Source: Campylobacterales bacterium (GTDB lineage: Bacteria > Campylobacterota > Campylobacteria > Campylobacterales > Sulfurimonadaceae). From it: a stretch of DNA of 64,000 bases. Location: the NCBI GenBank assembly GCA_016938735.1, contig JAFGUB010000015.1, positions 4,806 through 68,805 of the forward strand. The letters are read 5' to 3'. The notes under the pieces are model-generated. The model saw only the letters and a list, made by a program, of their open reading frames with translations. It was not told the DNA's origin and did no database searches. This document shows, piece by piece, positions 30,269 through 38,971 of this stretch (positions within the stretch are counted from its first letter, which is position 1; each line of letters starts with the position of its first letter). The position numbers and the translations under genes are program-made.

Positions 30269-30802
30269 TTATTTCCTGACTCCGTTTTCCTTGTCATCAA
30301 ATAAGCTTCTTTGATGTTCTTCTACCCATTTTTGATATTTTCGTTTTTTTCCAGCTTCTCGAAGTTTCAGTTTCCCGAGCTCTAGTTCTTGTGTTCCAAA
30401 TACTTGTAGCAGTCTATAACTTCTACTTTTCTCATCGCCAAATTCATCAAAAGTAATTTTTATTTCGAGATGGCAATTTATCAATGAACCATTAGAAAAT
30501 TTATGCTTTCCTTCAATAACCTCTTGTTTGAATTTTGAATCCGCCATACTAAAATCAATTTTTTCATTTTTGTATCTACCTCTCCAGTTATATTTCCCCT
30601 CTTTCAAAACTGGTGAAATTATTTCTATCATGGCATCGTCATCTTCTGACATAGTTGTGTCATCATGCAAAATAAAGCTTTTAAAATCTTTTCTCTCAAC
30701 TATATATTCATCTGCATCATCCTCTAAACTTCTATACCCTATCTTTTCTACTTTTTCATAAGCATCAATTTTTTTGTAAAAGTTTGAAATATATTTTTGC
30801 AC
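30269..30802 (-). CDS. Hypothetical protein (177 aa), very low GC
   Basis: Clean ORF in the AT-rich block downstream of the RloC-like gene. Lys/Glu-rich. No family recognised. Confidence 0.5.
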   Translation of the reverse strand: MQKYISNFYKKIDAYEKVEKIGYRSLEDDADEYIVERKDFKSFILHDDTTMSEDDDAMIEIISPVLKEGKYNWRGRYKNEKIDFSMADSKFKQEVIEGKHKFSNGSLINCHLEIKITFDEFGDEKSRSYRLLQVFGTQELELGKLKLREAGKKRKYQKWVEEHQRSLFDDKENGVRK

Positions 30803-30835
30803 GAGTTTATCATTGAGCTTTTTCTCTATTTGTTC

Positions 30836-31192
30836 TTATAGCTCTAAAGTTTTTTGTTGATTGTCTAACTCTAAATTTTGAAGTGTTGCTTCTTTGATTT
30901 TTTTATCTAAGGCTTCTGCTTGAGTATTTCTAGTAGCATAGTGAGTGATAATATCATTCAAAGCAGGTGATAAATAATGCAATGTAGGCAATACAATAGC
31001 CAATATTTCAATTAATCCGCCCTCTTGATAAGCTTCCGTTTCGATTTTTAACTCACTGTCTAAAAGCTCACCTATCCTTTTGACTGCTTCAAGAAAATCT
31101 TTTTCAGCCTTATTTCTCACAAAAGCATTCATAGCATGTGAGTTATCTTTTAGGTAATAATGAAGTTCAAATTTTTGAGTTAAGTTATTCAT
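30836..31192 (-). CDS. Hypothetical helical protein (118 aa), very low GC
   Basis: The start MNNLTQ at 31192 overlaps the RloC-like stop by 8 nt (ATGAATAA). The C-terminus is predicted helical/coiled. No family recognised. Confidence 0.5.
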   Translation of the reverse strand: MNNLTQKFELHYYLKDNSHAMNAFVRNKAEKDFLEAVKRIGELLDSELKIETEAYQEGGLIEILAIVLPTLHYLSPALNDIITHYATRNTQAEALDKKIKEATLQNLELDNQQKTLEL

Positions 31193-33380
31193 TAATAACT
31201 CCAATTTCAATATTCATCATTTTATTAAAATGTTTGATATTGCCTGATTCTTCAAAAATTTGTTTAAATGCTTCTTTAAATAAACTTACATCTATTTCTT
31301 TAACATCTGATATATTTATTTGGTCAGAATGAGACTCTCTATCAATGTATCTTAAAAAAGCACCGTATTTTATAGAATCAAGTTTATTTACTGATTCTTT
31401 CATCTTTTCATTGTCAATAAATCCAAAAAAATTCTCAAGTATATTTCGCATTGCATTTGCCAAAATATTGTCATGAGCGTTTCCATTTTCATGGTCTTTG
31501 AGTATTTTCCAATAAGCCTGATAATCATTTTGTATTTCATCTTGTAGCATTTCTAAAATTAAAGAAGATTTATCATTGCCTCTAACTATTCTAAAAAGCT
31601 TTTTATCCTTTTTATTGTGTATCTTACAAAGCTCATGAAAAAAATACATGCTATGAGTTAGTACAAAAACTTGTAAATAATTTTGACTTTCAAAAAATTC
31701 TTTTTTTGTAAGTTGTGCAACATTAAAAATATAATTATGCGATAAGCTTGATATTGGATCATCTATTACAACAATTTTATTTTTAATCTCTTCTGTTTCG
31801 CTTTCTTTTCCTTTGCAAAGTTCCACAAAGTAAAGAAAGCTTATTATCATTTTTTCACCTTCGCTTAACGATTTAAATTCTGGTTTACTTTCATTCTCCC
31901 TTACAATTCTGTAAAACTTATCTTCAAAAGGCTTTATCTCAAAACCATGCAACCCAAGCAAGGCTAATTGATAGTTAATTAATTCTATAACTTTTTCAAT
32001 ATTGATTGTTTTATCTTGATTTTCTTTGATAACATCTCTTTGAGCTTTTATATCATCTTTGATTTTTTGAAGTGCTAAATTTACCTTTGCTTCTTCTTTT
32101 TCTAAATCTTTTAAATCTTTTTCATATGACGAAATATGTACATCGTACTCCCATCTCATTATTTCCCAAAATTCTTTCTTTATAATCTCTTTAACATTTT
32201 TTTTATTTTTTATTTTTTCATTATGCTGCGTCATTTCTTGATTGATTTTTTCTACAAGTTCATTAAAGTTTTTCAATGCTTGACTAGAACCTTGAAGAGT
32301 CACTTTATTGCTTGGAAGTTTTATTTTATTGTCGATTGCAGTTATATTTTGAGATAAAACTGTAAGCAGTTTTGTATGTAAGCTTTCAAGTTCTATTTTT
32401 ACAGCATTTACATAATCATTTACTAAAAATGAGTCTATAGATGGAATATTATTTTTGATTGTCTCATATTTAGATTTTATTCCTTTCAATAAATTAATCT
32501 TATCCTCGTAAGTTTTATCAAAGTAGTTTTTTATCTCATCAGCTAAATTTTTTGTAACAGTTTCTTGTTGACAAAATGGGCAACTTGTGGCTTCATTTAT
32601 CTCATCTGGTAAATAGCCTAGACCCAGTTTTACCCAATCAGAATTTTGAAATTTTTCTATTAAACTTGCAACTGTACTATCTTTATTTCCTACAATAACT
32701 TCATCAAAAATACTGTTGTTTTCAAGTTCAATTACGCCACTTAAAACAATTTTTTGGAGAGGGTCTAAACTAATAGCATCATCACCTTCAATTTTTGAAA
32801 TCTCTTTTTTTAAATCATCTGTTGTTTTTGTAGGTTTAGTCAATGGCTTTACTAATGATTTAATATGATTAAATAGTGCATCTTTACTGCCTTTAACACC
32901 TTCTAAACAATAATCTAAAATTCTATCTCCACCGCTAAAGGTTGTTTTTATATTCCATATTTTTTCAGTCGCTTCTGACAATTTCTTTTTTTTCTTGCCA
33001 TTAGCTCCGTTTATTTCGTCTAGTTCTATTTTTTTTGCTTTTTCTTGAGTTTCTAATTTGTCAATTTCAGCTTTTGCATTTTTTACATTTTCTTCTGCTG
33101 TAACATTTGGCTCTGATATTGTAAAAACACCTTTTAAATCTTCTTTTTCATAAAAGTTTTCATTAATAAATTCTTGATTGTACACCAGTATTTTTGCTGT
33201 TTCTCCACCAGAAATTGAACAATCATTAAATTTACTATTGTTTTTATTTTTTAAAAAGTTTGATAAAGTTGTTTTTCCTGTTCCGTTTAGTCCATAAACA
33301 AGGTTTATTTTTTTATCTGTATTGAGTGTTCTTTCGCTTCTATAACTAGCGACATTTTTTAGTTTTATTAAAGTAATCAT
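31185..33380 (-). CDS. RloC/PrrC-like ABC-type ATPase (AAA_13 architecture), putative anticodon nuclease
   Basis: 731 aa with Walker A GLNGTGKTT and a long Lys/Glu-rich coiled-coil insert carrying CPFCQQ (zinc-hook-like CxxC). ABC signature SLSEGEK, Walker B IVVIDDPISSLS and H-loop VLTHS follow. The C-terminal R-x3-E (RNILENF) plus ESHSD resemble the PrrC nuclease triad. The gene is embedded in an hsd locus. Confidence 0.7.
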   Translation of the reverse strand: MITLIKLKNVASYRSERTLNTDKKINLVYGLNGTGKTTLSNFLKNKNNSKFNDCSISGGETAKILVYNQEFINENFYEKEDLKGVFTISEPNVTAEENVKNAKAEIDKLETQEKAKKIELDEINGANGKKKKKLSEATEKIWNIKTTFSGGDRILDYCLEGVKGSKDALFNHIKSLVKPLTKPTKTTDDLKKEISKIEGDDAISLDPLQKIVLSGVIELENNSIFDEVIVGNKDSTVASLIEKFQNSDWVKLGLGYLPDEINEATSCPFCQQETVTKNLADEIKNYFDKTYEDKINLLKGIKSKYETIKNNIPSIDSFLVNDYVNAVKIELESLHTKLLTVLSQNITAIDNKIKLPSNKVTLQGSSQALKNFNELVEKINQEMTQHNEKIKNKKNVKEIIKKEFWEIMRWEYDVHISSYEKDLKDLEKEEAKVNLALQKIKDDIKAQRDVIKENQDKTINIEKVIELINYQLALLGLHGFEIKPFEDKFYRIVRENESKPEFKSLSEGEKMIISFLYFVELCKGKESETEEIKNKIVVIDDPISSLSHNYIFNVAQLTKKEFFESQNYLQVFVLTHSMYFFHELCKIHNKKDKKLFRIVRGNDKSSLILEMLQDEIQNDYQAYWKILKDHENGNAHDNILANAMRNILENFFGFIDNEKMKESVNKLDSIKYGAFLRYIDRESHSDQINISDVKEIDVSLFKEAFKQIFEESGNIKHFNKMMNIEIGVINE

Positions 33381-34552
33381 ATCTCCACCCTTGCTTCCCC
33401 ACTCAACAGCTTTGGCAAGAGTGTATCTCGCAAGTTTTCAAGGGTTTGGATTTGTTTCGTATTGCTTTCTATTTTTGTGAAATATGGTTTCATCTCTTCT
33501 TCAAATTCCTTTACTGTTTTTTCATTCGGTAGAGTGATATTGTGTTCTTGGAATGTCTTTGTAGTAATAGTATCAAAAACACTGCCGTATGCAGCGGCTT
33601 GGAGCTCTTCCACTGAGTGTGAAATCAAAAGATATGTGAAAAAATAGCAGTCCTTAAATTTCGGCAAAACACCATAATTTGACTGGCTAAACGCCATAGG
33701 CTCCGCGAGTAAGCAATATTTCCCCACTGTTCCTCTAGCACTAATCACTGTGGCATATTTTGGTAAAAGCTTTGCCGAACTTTTTTCTAATCCCGTCTGT
33801 GTAATTGTTTTTTCTGTTTTGTGAATAAAACCTTTGTGATGCGAAGATATATCTCCTCCTGCCAACCATCCAATGCTCCCATCCCAATATTCCGCAACCG
33901 TAGTTTTTGGTGTACCCCCACCAACAAGAATAATGCTATCAAAAAGGCTTTGATCCTCCCACTCCTCTTTTGCTTCTTCGATAAACCATTGTCTAAAAAG
34001 CGTTTGGGCGAGGGATTCTAGGGTGTGGTTTTGGCGATGGAGAAGGTCTATCTTATCATCGAGGCTACTTAATACTTCTGCTATTGCTTTTTGTTCTTCA
34101 AGAGGTGGAAGGGAAATATCAATTTCATCAAATGTTGTTCTTGTTATGGTGTCAAATACTCCACCGTGAGATATTTGTATTAATTGATTTACTGTATCTT
34201 TTAAAAGGTAAAAAATATAATCATTTGTAGATTCATTTTCTTTTGCTCTAACTCCGTAACAAGATTGATTAAAAGTCATAGGTTTATCAAGCATTGCTAA
34301 AGCTCCAACAGTTCCACGAGCTGAAATGATTATGTCATTTTCTTGAAGTAGTTTTGTACTACTGTTTTTAAGTCCTTCTTCTGTTATAGTTTTTTCAGTT
34401 TTTGAAACATATTTTTTGCCAGTGTTAAAATCTACAACTGAAAGCCAAGGGATATCTCCATTCCAATATTCAGAAATAGCAGTTTTAGGAGTTCCACCTC
34501 CAATAATTTCTATTACCTCCCCCAACTTACACTCTCTCCAACTACTCATCAC
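33377..34552 (-). CDS. hsdS: Type I restriction-modification specificity subunit
   Basis: 391 aa. It has two target-recognition halves, each with GGGTPKT...ISARGTVG blocks, separated by conserved helical spacers. Confidence 0.85.
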   Translation of the reverse strand: MMSSWRECKLGEVIEIIGGGTPKTAISEYWNGDIPWLSVVDFNTGKKYVSKTEKTITEEGLKNSSTKLLQENDIIISARGTVGALAMLDKPMTFNQSCYGVRAKENESTNDYIFYLLKDTVNQLIQISHGGVFDTITRTTFDEIDISLPPLEEQKAIAEVLSSLDDKIDLLHRQNHTLESLAQTLFRQWFIEEAKEEWEDQSLFDSIILVGGGTPKTTVAEYWDGSIGWLAGGDISSHHKGFIHKTEKTITQTGLEKSSAKLLPKYATVISARGTVGKYCLLAEPMAFSQSNYGVLPKFKDCYFFTYLLISHSVEELQAAAYGSVFDTITTKTFQEHNITLPNEKTVKEFEEEMKPYFTKIESNTKQIQTLENLRDTLLPKLLSGEARVEI

Positions 34553-35234
34553 TCACCGCCTTTCTCACCCGCTCCATCAGCCCGAAGCTCTGCTCTTCTA
34601 GTAGTGAAAATGCAAACCACTTTTTGCCAAGGTCTTTGAGGGTTGATTCGTCGATATAGTTGTCTATAAGAACGATTGAACTTTTGGCTTTTTTGACAAG
34701 CTCACTCACGAGTGCATACGCATCAAAAATCTGCCCGTCGAAAAAGACGCCCTGTTTGGGGGTGGTGGATCTATTTTCAAGTGCATTTAGCACCGATTCT
34801 AGCTTTTGATTGGTCTGTTTTTGGTCTAGTTCAAGTTTTTCTACTCTTTGAAAAAGTGAAGCGTTCTGGAGGAGGTACTTGCGCATCTTGACGAAACTGT
34901 TGATGATATTGATGCTGGTTTGGATTGCCGTATCGCTTCGCAAGACTGCCGAGAGCATAGATACGCCTTGTTCGGTGAAGACATAAGGCAAAGCTGACGA
35001 ATGCTTGAGAGGTTGCAACCGGTCGCAATTTGCGACCAGTTCATTTTTTTCACTTTCATTTAACTGAAATCTAAACTCCTCGGGGAATCTCTCAATATTT
35101 CTTTTGACCTGTTCACCAAGTCTTTTTGGCTCCACACCGTACAGCTCCGCCAAATCTCTATCGATCATTACTTGCACACCGCGAATCGTAAAGATTTTGT
35201 GTTCGATGTTTTGCTGTATGCTCATTTCACTCAT
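34542..35234 (-). CDS. ORF6N (KilA-N-like) domain protein with truncated RhuM-type C-terminal module
   Basis: From MSEMSIQQNIEHKIFTIRGVQVMIDRDLAELYGVEPKRLGEQVKRN (ORF6N signature). The C-terminus matches the RhuM paralog tail but carries an internal deletion. Confidence 0.7.
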   Translation of the reverse strand: MSEMSIQQNIEHKIFTIRGVQVMIDRDLAELYGVEPKRLGEQVKRNIERFPEEFRFQLNESEKNELVANCDRLQPLKHSSALPYVFTEQGVSMLSAVLRSDTAIQTSINIINSFVKMRKYLLQNASLFQRVEKLELDQKQTNQKLESVLNALENRSTTPKQGVFFDGQIFDAYALVSELVKKAKSSIVLIDNYIDESTLKDLGKKWFAFSLLEEQSFGLMERVRKAVSDE

Positions 35235-36306
35235 CACCCACCCCCTCAAAATCATCTTCTAATTCCGCTTCTATTTGTTCCATGCTAGGAAGTGAGGATT
35301 GATACTCTTTGGGCAAGATCTCCATGAGTTCATATTCACTGACGCCTAAAGGCTTGTTGACATCTTTGAGCGCATACTCTACCACTACATTGTTTTTTGA
35401 TTTACAGATAAGTATGCCTATGGTCGGGTTGTCATTTTGATCTTTTAGCTCACCGTCGATTGCGCTCGTATAAAAGCTCAATTTTCCGGCAAACTCAAGC
35501 TTAAACTCACTCACTTTTAGCTCTACCACTACATAACATTTGAGCTTGATGTGATAAAAAAGCAAATCGATCCTAAACTCATCACCGCCAACGACAAGCT
35601 TATATTGTCTGCCGACAAAGGCAAATCCACTTCCAAGCTCTAGTAAAAACTTTGTAATGTTCTCTGTCAAAGCGTTTTCCAGCTCTCTCTCTTGATAGCC
35701 TTGCGTGAGGGTCAAGAAATCAAAGTTATAGGGATCTTTTGTGATCTCTTTTGCCAAGTCCGATTGAAGCGGTGGAAGTGTAGCCTCAAAGTTTGTGATA
35801 GCTTTGCCCTCTCTGGCGTAAAGATTTGTCTCTATTTGATGAATGAGCACATTTCTGCTGATACCGTTTTTGATGGTGTTTTGCACATAATAGAGAGCTT
35901 CTTGGGTGCTTTTGCACTTTTGGATGATGGCGATATTGTGCCCCCAAGGGATTTGTAAAACTTGCGAAACAACTTGTTTCGTATTTGTAACTTCCATTTG
36001 CGAAACAACTTGTTTCCAAAATAGATACCACTTTCTGATCAACTCTAAATTTCTTTTTGAAAACCCTTTTATATCTGGAAACTCTGCACTTAAGTCCTTG
36101 CTTAGTTGTTGCAAAAATCCGCTTCCCCAAGTGCTACTTTTTTGCTTTTCTACTATTTTACTTCCAAGATTCCAATAAAACTCCAGTAAAGCGCTATTTA
36201 TCTGTATGGAGGCTTTTATTTGCGAGCTTTGAAACCTTTGTTTTATCTCATTTAGCCACTCTTTATATTCTGTATTCAAAGAATTTTGAAGTTGTGTATT
36301 ACTCAT
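35227..36306 (-). CDS. YhcG/DUF1016-family PD-(D/E)XK nuclease-like protein
   Basis: From MSNTQLQ at 36306. The C-terminal block FRIDLLFYHIKLKCYVVVELKV has the D...ExK pattern. Confidence 0.75.
   Translation of the reverse strand: MSNTQLQNSLNTEYKEWLNEIKQRFQSSQIKASIQINSALLEFYWNLGSKIVEKQKSSTWGSGFLQQLSKDLSAEFPDIKGFSKRNLELIRKWYLFWKQVVSQMEVTNTKQVVSQVLQIPWGHNIAIIQKCKSTQEALYYVQNTIKNGISRNVLIHQIETNLYAREGKAITNFEATLPPLQSDLAKEITKDPYNFDFLTLTQGYQERELENALTENITKFLLELGSGFAFVGRQYKLVVGGDEFRIDLLFYHIKLKCYVVVELKVSEFKLEFAGKLSFYTSAIDGELKDQNDNPTIGILICKSKNNVVVEYALKDVNKPLGVSEYELMEILPKEYQSSLPSMEQIEAELEDDFEGVGDE
35962..36016. repeat. In-frame 36-bp tandem duplication carrying two GAAACAA-C-TTGTTTC hairpin-capable units
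   Basis: TTGCGAAACAACTTGTTTC occurs at 35962-35980 and again at 35998-36016. In the protein it encodes QVVSQ...QVVSQ. Confidence 0.8.
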
Positions 36307-37300
36307 CACCCACCGCCTCAAGGAGTCTTTGAAACTCTTCTTTGTTGGGCAGTACGGTGAGATATTTGCTGGCAAATATTTGGTTGTTGTCTCGTGGAAG
36401 GGTCATCTCTACAAGGGCTTTACTTTTGTCTTTGCACAAGATAATGCCCACCGTCGGGGCTTCGTCCTCTTGTTTTTCGACGCGGTCAAAGTAGTTGACA
36501 TACATCATCATCTGCCCGATGTCTTGATGTTTGAGTTCACCGATTTTGAGGTCTATGAGGACAAAACAATGCAAAAGGCGATTGTAAAATACCAAATCCA
36601 CCGCAAAGTGCTTTTCATCGATAGTAAGGCGTTTTTGTCTGGCGACAAAAGTAAAGCCTTTGCCAAGCTCCAGCAAAAATGCCTCTAGCTTATCGATGAG
36701 CTTTTGTTCTAAGTCGCTCTCAGAGTAGCTTGATAGCACGGGAAGTCCCACAAATTCGAGTATGTACGGGTCTTTTATGAGGTCTTGCACGGTTTCGATG
36801 ATATGCCCTTTTTGCGAAAGCTCTTTGACTTTTGTTTTGTCGATACTCAGGCTTAGCCGCTCATACAGCCCTGTGTCAAACTGCCTTTTGAGCTCTTTGA
36901 GCGTCCAGCCATTTTGTGCAGATTCTACCTCATAAAAATTTCGCTCATCTTCGCCGGTTATGCGAGACAAAAAGATGTAGTGGGAGTAGCTGAGGCTAAA
37001 TTGGTGAGACGCCGTCTCACTTTTTGAATAAGCCAAATAAAACCGTCTCATATTTTTGAGGTTATCTATTGAAAATCCACTGCCAAACTCCCTTGTAAGC
37101 TCATGTGAGAGATTTTTGATCAGCCCTTTGCCATACTCCGCCCTAGCTTCTCCGCCCTGCTCCTCTTCAACAATGCGCCGTCCTATCTCCCAGTAGGTTT
37201 GGGTCATGGTGGTATTGATGGTTTGGTAGATGCTGTTTCTGGCTTTTTGGAGAAGCTCTTTGATATCCGATACAAAATGGGTGTTTGAAAGATTACTCAT
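36299..37300 (-). CDS. YhcG/DUF1016-family PD-(D/E)XK nuclease-like protein
   Basis: 333 aa with N-terminal [30 protein letters not shown]...[14 protein letters not shown] and C-terminal [26 protein letters not shown]. Confidence 0.8.
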   Translation of the reverse strand: MSNLSNTHFVSDIKELLQKARNSIYQTINTTMTQTYWEIGRRIVEEEQGGEARAEYGKGLIKNLSHELTREFGSGFSIDNLKNMRRFYLAYSKSETASHQFSLSYSHYIFLSRITGEDERNFYEVESAQNGWTLKELKRQFDTGLYERLSLSIDKTKVKELSQKGHIIETVQDLIKDPYILEFVGLPVLSSYSESDLEQKLIDKLEAFLLELGKGFTFVARQKRLTIDEKHFAVDLVFYNRLLHCFVLIDLKIGELKHQDIGQMMMYVNYFDRVEKQEDEAPTVGIILCKDKSKALVEMTLPRDNNQIFASKYLTVLPNKEEFQRLLEAVGDE

Positions 37301-38813
37301 CCCCCACCGCCAAATTCACCTTCGCCAAATTTGCCAAAATACGCTCATTGAGCGCTTGTTCTTCCCTCATCTGCTCTTGAAGCGTTACATGTAAAGACTC
37401 AAACCGCTCTTTGAAATCAAACTCATCTTCCACATCTTCAAGCCCCACGTAGCGCCCGGGCGTGAGTACATAGTTAAGCTCTCGCACCTCTTGAAGGCTT
37501 GCGCTTTTGCAAAAGCCTTTGATGTCCTCATAGCGCACACTTTTGACCTTCCACTCATGATAGGTCTGCGCGATTTTGTCGGTATCTTTGGGGCTTAGCT
37601 CTTTAGTGCGGCGGTTGATGAGATGGCCCAGATTGCGCGCATCGATGAAGAGTATATCTTGCGTGGTGCGTCCGCGTTTCATAAACCAGAGCGAAGCGGG
37701 AATCTGGGTGTTGAGAAAGAGCTTTGCGGGCAGGTTCACGATGCAGTCAACAAGATTGGCCTCAATCAGCGCCTTGCGGATCTCCCCTTCGCCGCTGGTG
37801 TTGCTCGTGAGGCTCCCTTTTGCCAGAACAAACCCCGCCGTGCCTGTGGGTGCGAGGTGATACAAAAAGTGCTGTATCCACGCATAGTTGGCGTTGCCCG
37901 CAGGCGGTGCGCCGTATTGCCATCGGCCATCACTGCGCAGCAGCTCGCCGCTCCAGTCAGAGACGTTAAAGGGCGGATTGGCGATGATGAAGTCCGCTTT
38001 GAGGTCTTTGTGGGCATCGCTTAAAAATGAGCCTTCGTTGTTCCATTTAACCTGGCTAGAGTCGATGCCGCGAATGGCAAGGTTCATGCGGGCCAGCCGC
38101 CATGTGGTCTGGTTGGACTCTTGGCCGTAGATGGAGATGTCGTTGATGCGCCCTTGATGCTCCAGCACAAACTTTTCGCTCTGCACAAACATCCCGCCGC
38201 TGCCGCAACAGGGGTCAAACACGCGCCCCTTGTAAGGTTCTAGCATCTTCACCAGCAGTTCTACAACGCTTTTGGGCGTGTAAAACTGACCGCCCTGTTT
38301 GCCCTCGGCCAGCGCAAATTCACCCAGAAAATACTCAAACACATGCCCCAGCACATCAGCGCTGCGCGCTTTGGCATCACCCAGCGCGATATTGCCGATC
38401 AGATCGATCAGCCCGCCAAGCGCCTTGGCATCAAGATTGTCGCGGGCGTAGACCTTGGGCAGCACCCCTTTGAGCGTCGCGTTTTCACGCTCGATGGCGT
38501 CCATCGCTTCATCAACGAGCTTGCCGATGTGGGGGAGCTTGGCGCTGCCTTGCAGGGTGCTCCAGCGCGCGTTTTGCGGCACAAAAAAGACGTTTTCGGC
38601 GGCGTATTCGTCTTTGTCTTCGGGGTCGGCACCCTGATCAATCTGTGAGCGCAGCGTTACATGTAAAGCTTCAAAACTATCAGAGATGTATTTAAGAAAA
38701 ACCAGCCCCAGCACGACATGCTTGTATTCGGCGGCGTCGATGTTTTTGCGCAGCTTGTCGGCGGCTTTCCAAAGGGCGGTTTCAAGGGATTCTAGCGAAG
38801 CGGATTTGGCCAT
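37293..38813 (-). CDS. hsdM: Type I restriction-modification methyltransferase subunit
   Basis: From [22 protein letters not shown] (ATG at 38813). SAM motif DPCCGSGGM and catalytic NPPFN are present. The track ORF extension to 39017 crosses the promoter repeat and the nuoC start and is rejected. Confidence 0.9.
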   Translation of the reverse strand: MAKSASLESLETALWKAADKLRKNIDAAEYKHVVLGLVFLKYISDSFEALHVTLRSQIDQGADPEDKDEYAAENVFFVPQNARWSTLQGSAKLPHIGKLVDEAMDAIERENATLKGVLPKVYARDNLDAKALGGLIDLIGNIALGDAKARSADVLGHVFEYFLGEFALAEGKQGGQFYTPKSVVELLVKMLEPYKGRVFDPCCGSGGMFVQSEKFVLEHQGRINDISIYGQESNQTTWRLARMNLAIRGIDSSQVKWNNEGSFLSDAHKDLKADFIIANPPFNVSDWSGELLRSDGRWQYGAPPAGNANYAWIQHFLYHLAPTGTAGFVLAKGSLTSNTSGEGEIRKALIEANLVDCIVNLPAKLFLNTQIPASLWFMKRGRTTQDILFIDARNLGHLINRRTKELSPKDTDKIAQTYHEWKVKSVRYEDIKGFCKSASLQEVRELNYVLTPGRYVGLEDVEDEFDFKERFESLHVTLQEQMREEQALNERILANLAKVNLAVGDE

Positions 38814-38886
38814 AAGAGATGTTTCCGTGTGTGTTTTTGAAGCATAGATTGTAGCCAAAAGTTGATCCCCACACCTTGAAATCCAT

Positions 38887-38944
38887 TCGTCGCGGCTTTT
38901 GGGTATGATAGTGGCAATTTTTACCGACAAAGAGACGACGTGCC
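38887..38944 (+). promoter_or_regulatory. Copy B of the nuoA promoter/leader module, placed in front of nuoC
   Basis: TCGTCGCGGCTTTTGGGTATGATA has 1 mismatch to copy A, with TATGAT at 38904-38909. AAAGAGACGACGTGCC is exact. The GTG at 38940 opens an 11-codon remnant, [11 protein letters not shown], whose TGA overlaps the nuoC ATG (ATGA). Confidence 0.45.
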
Positions 38945-38971
38945 CCAAAATCTCCCGATACGGATTGATGG

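Larger units (their letters stand above)
25265..38813 (-). other. Type I R-M / defence gene island inserted between nuoB and nuoC (no integrase or transposase seen)
   Basis: Eleven minus-strand genes interrupt the plus-strand nuo operon. Composition is mosaic, with a very AT-rich core at about 30.3-34.5 kb. Most genes are linked by 4- or 8-nt start/stop overlaps. Confidence 0.8.
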
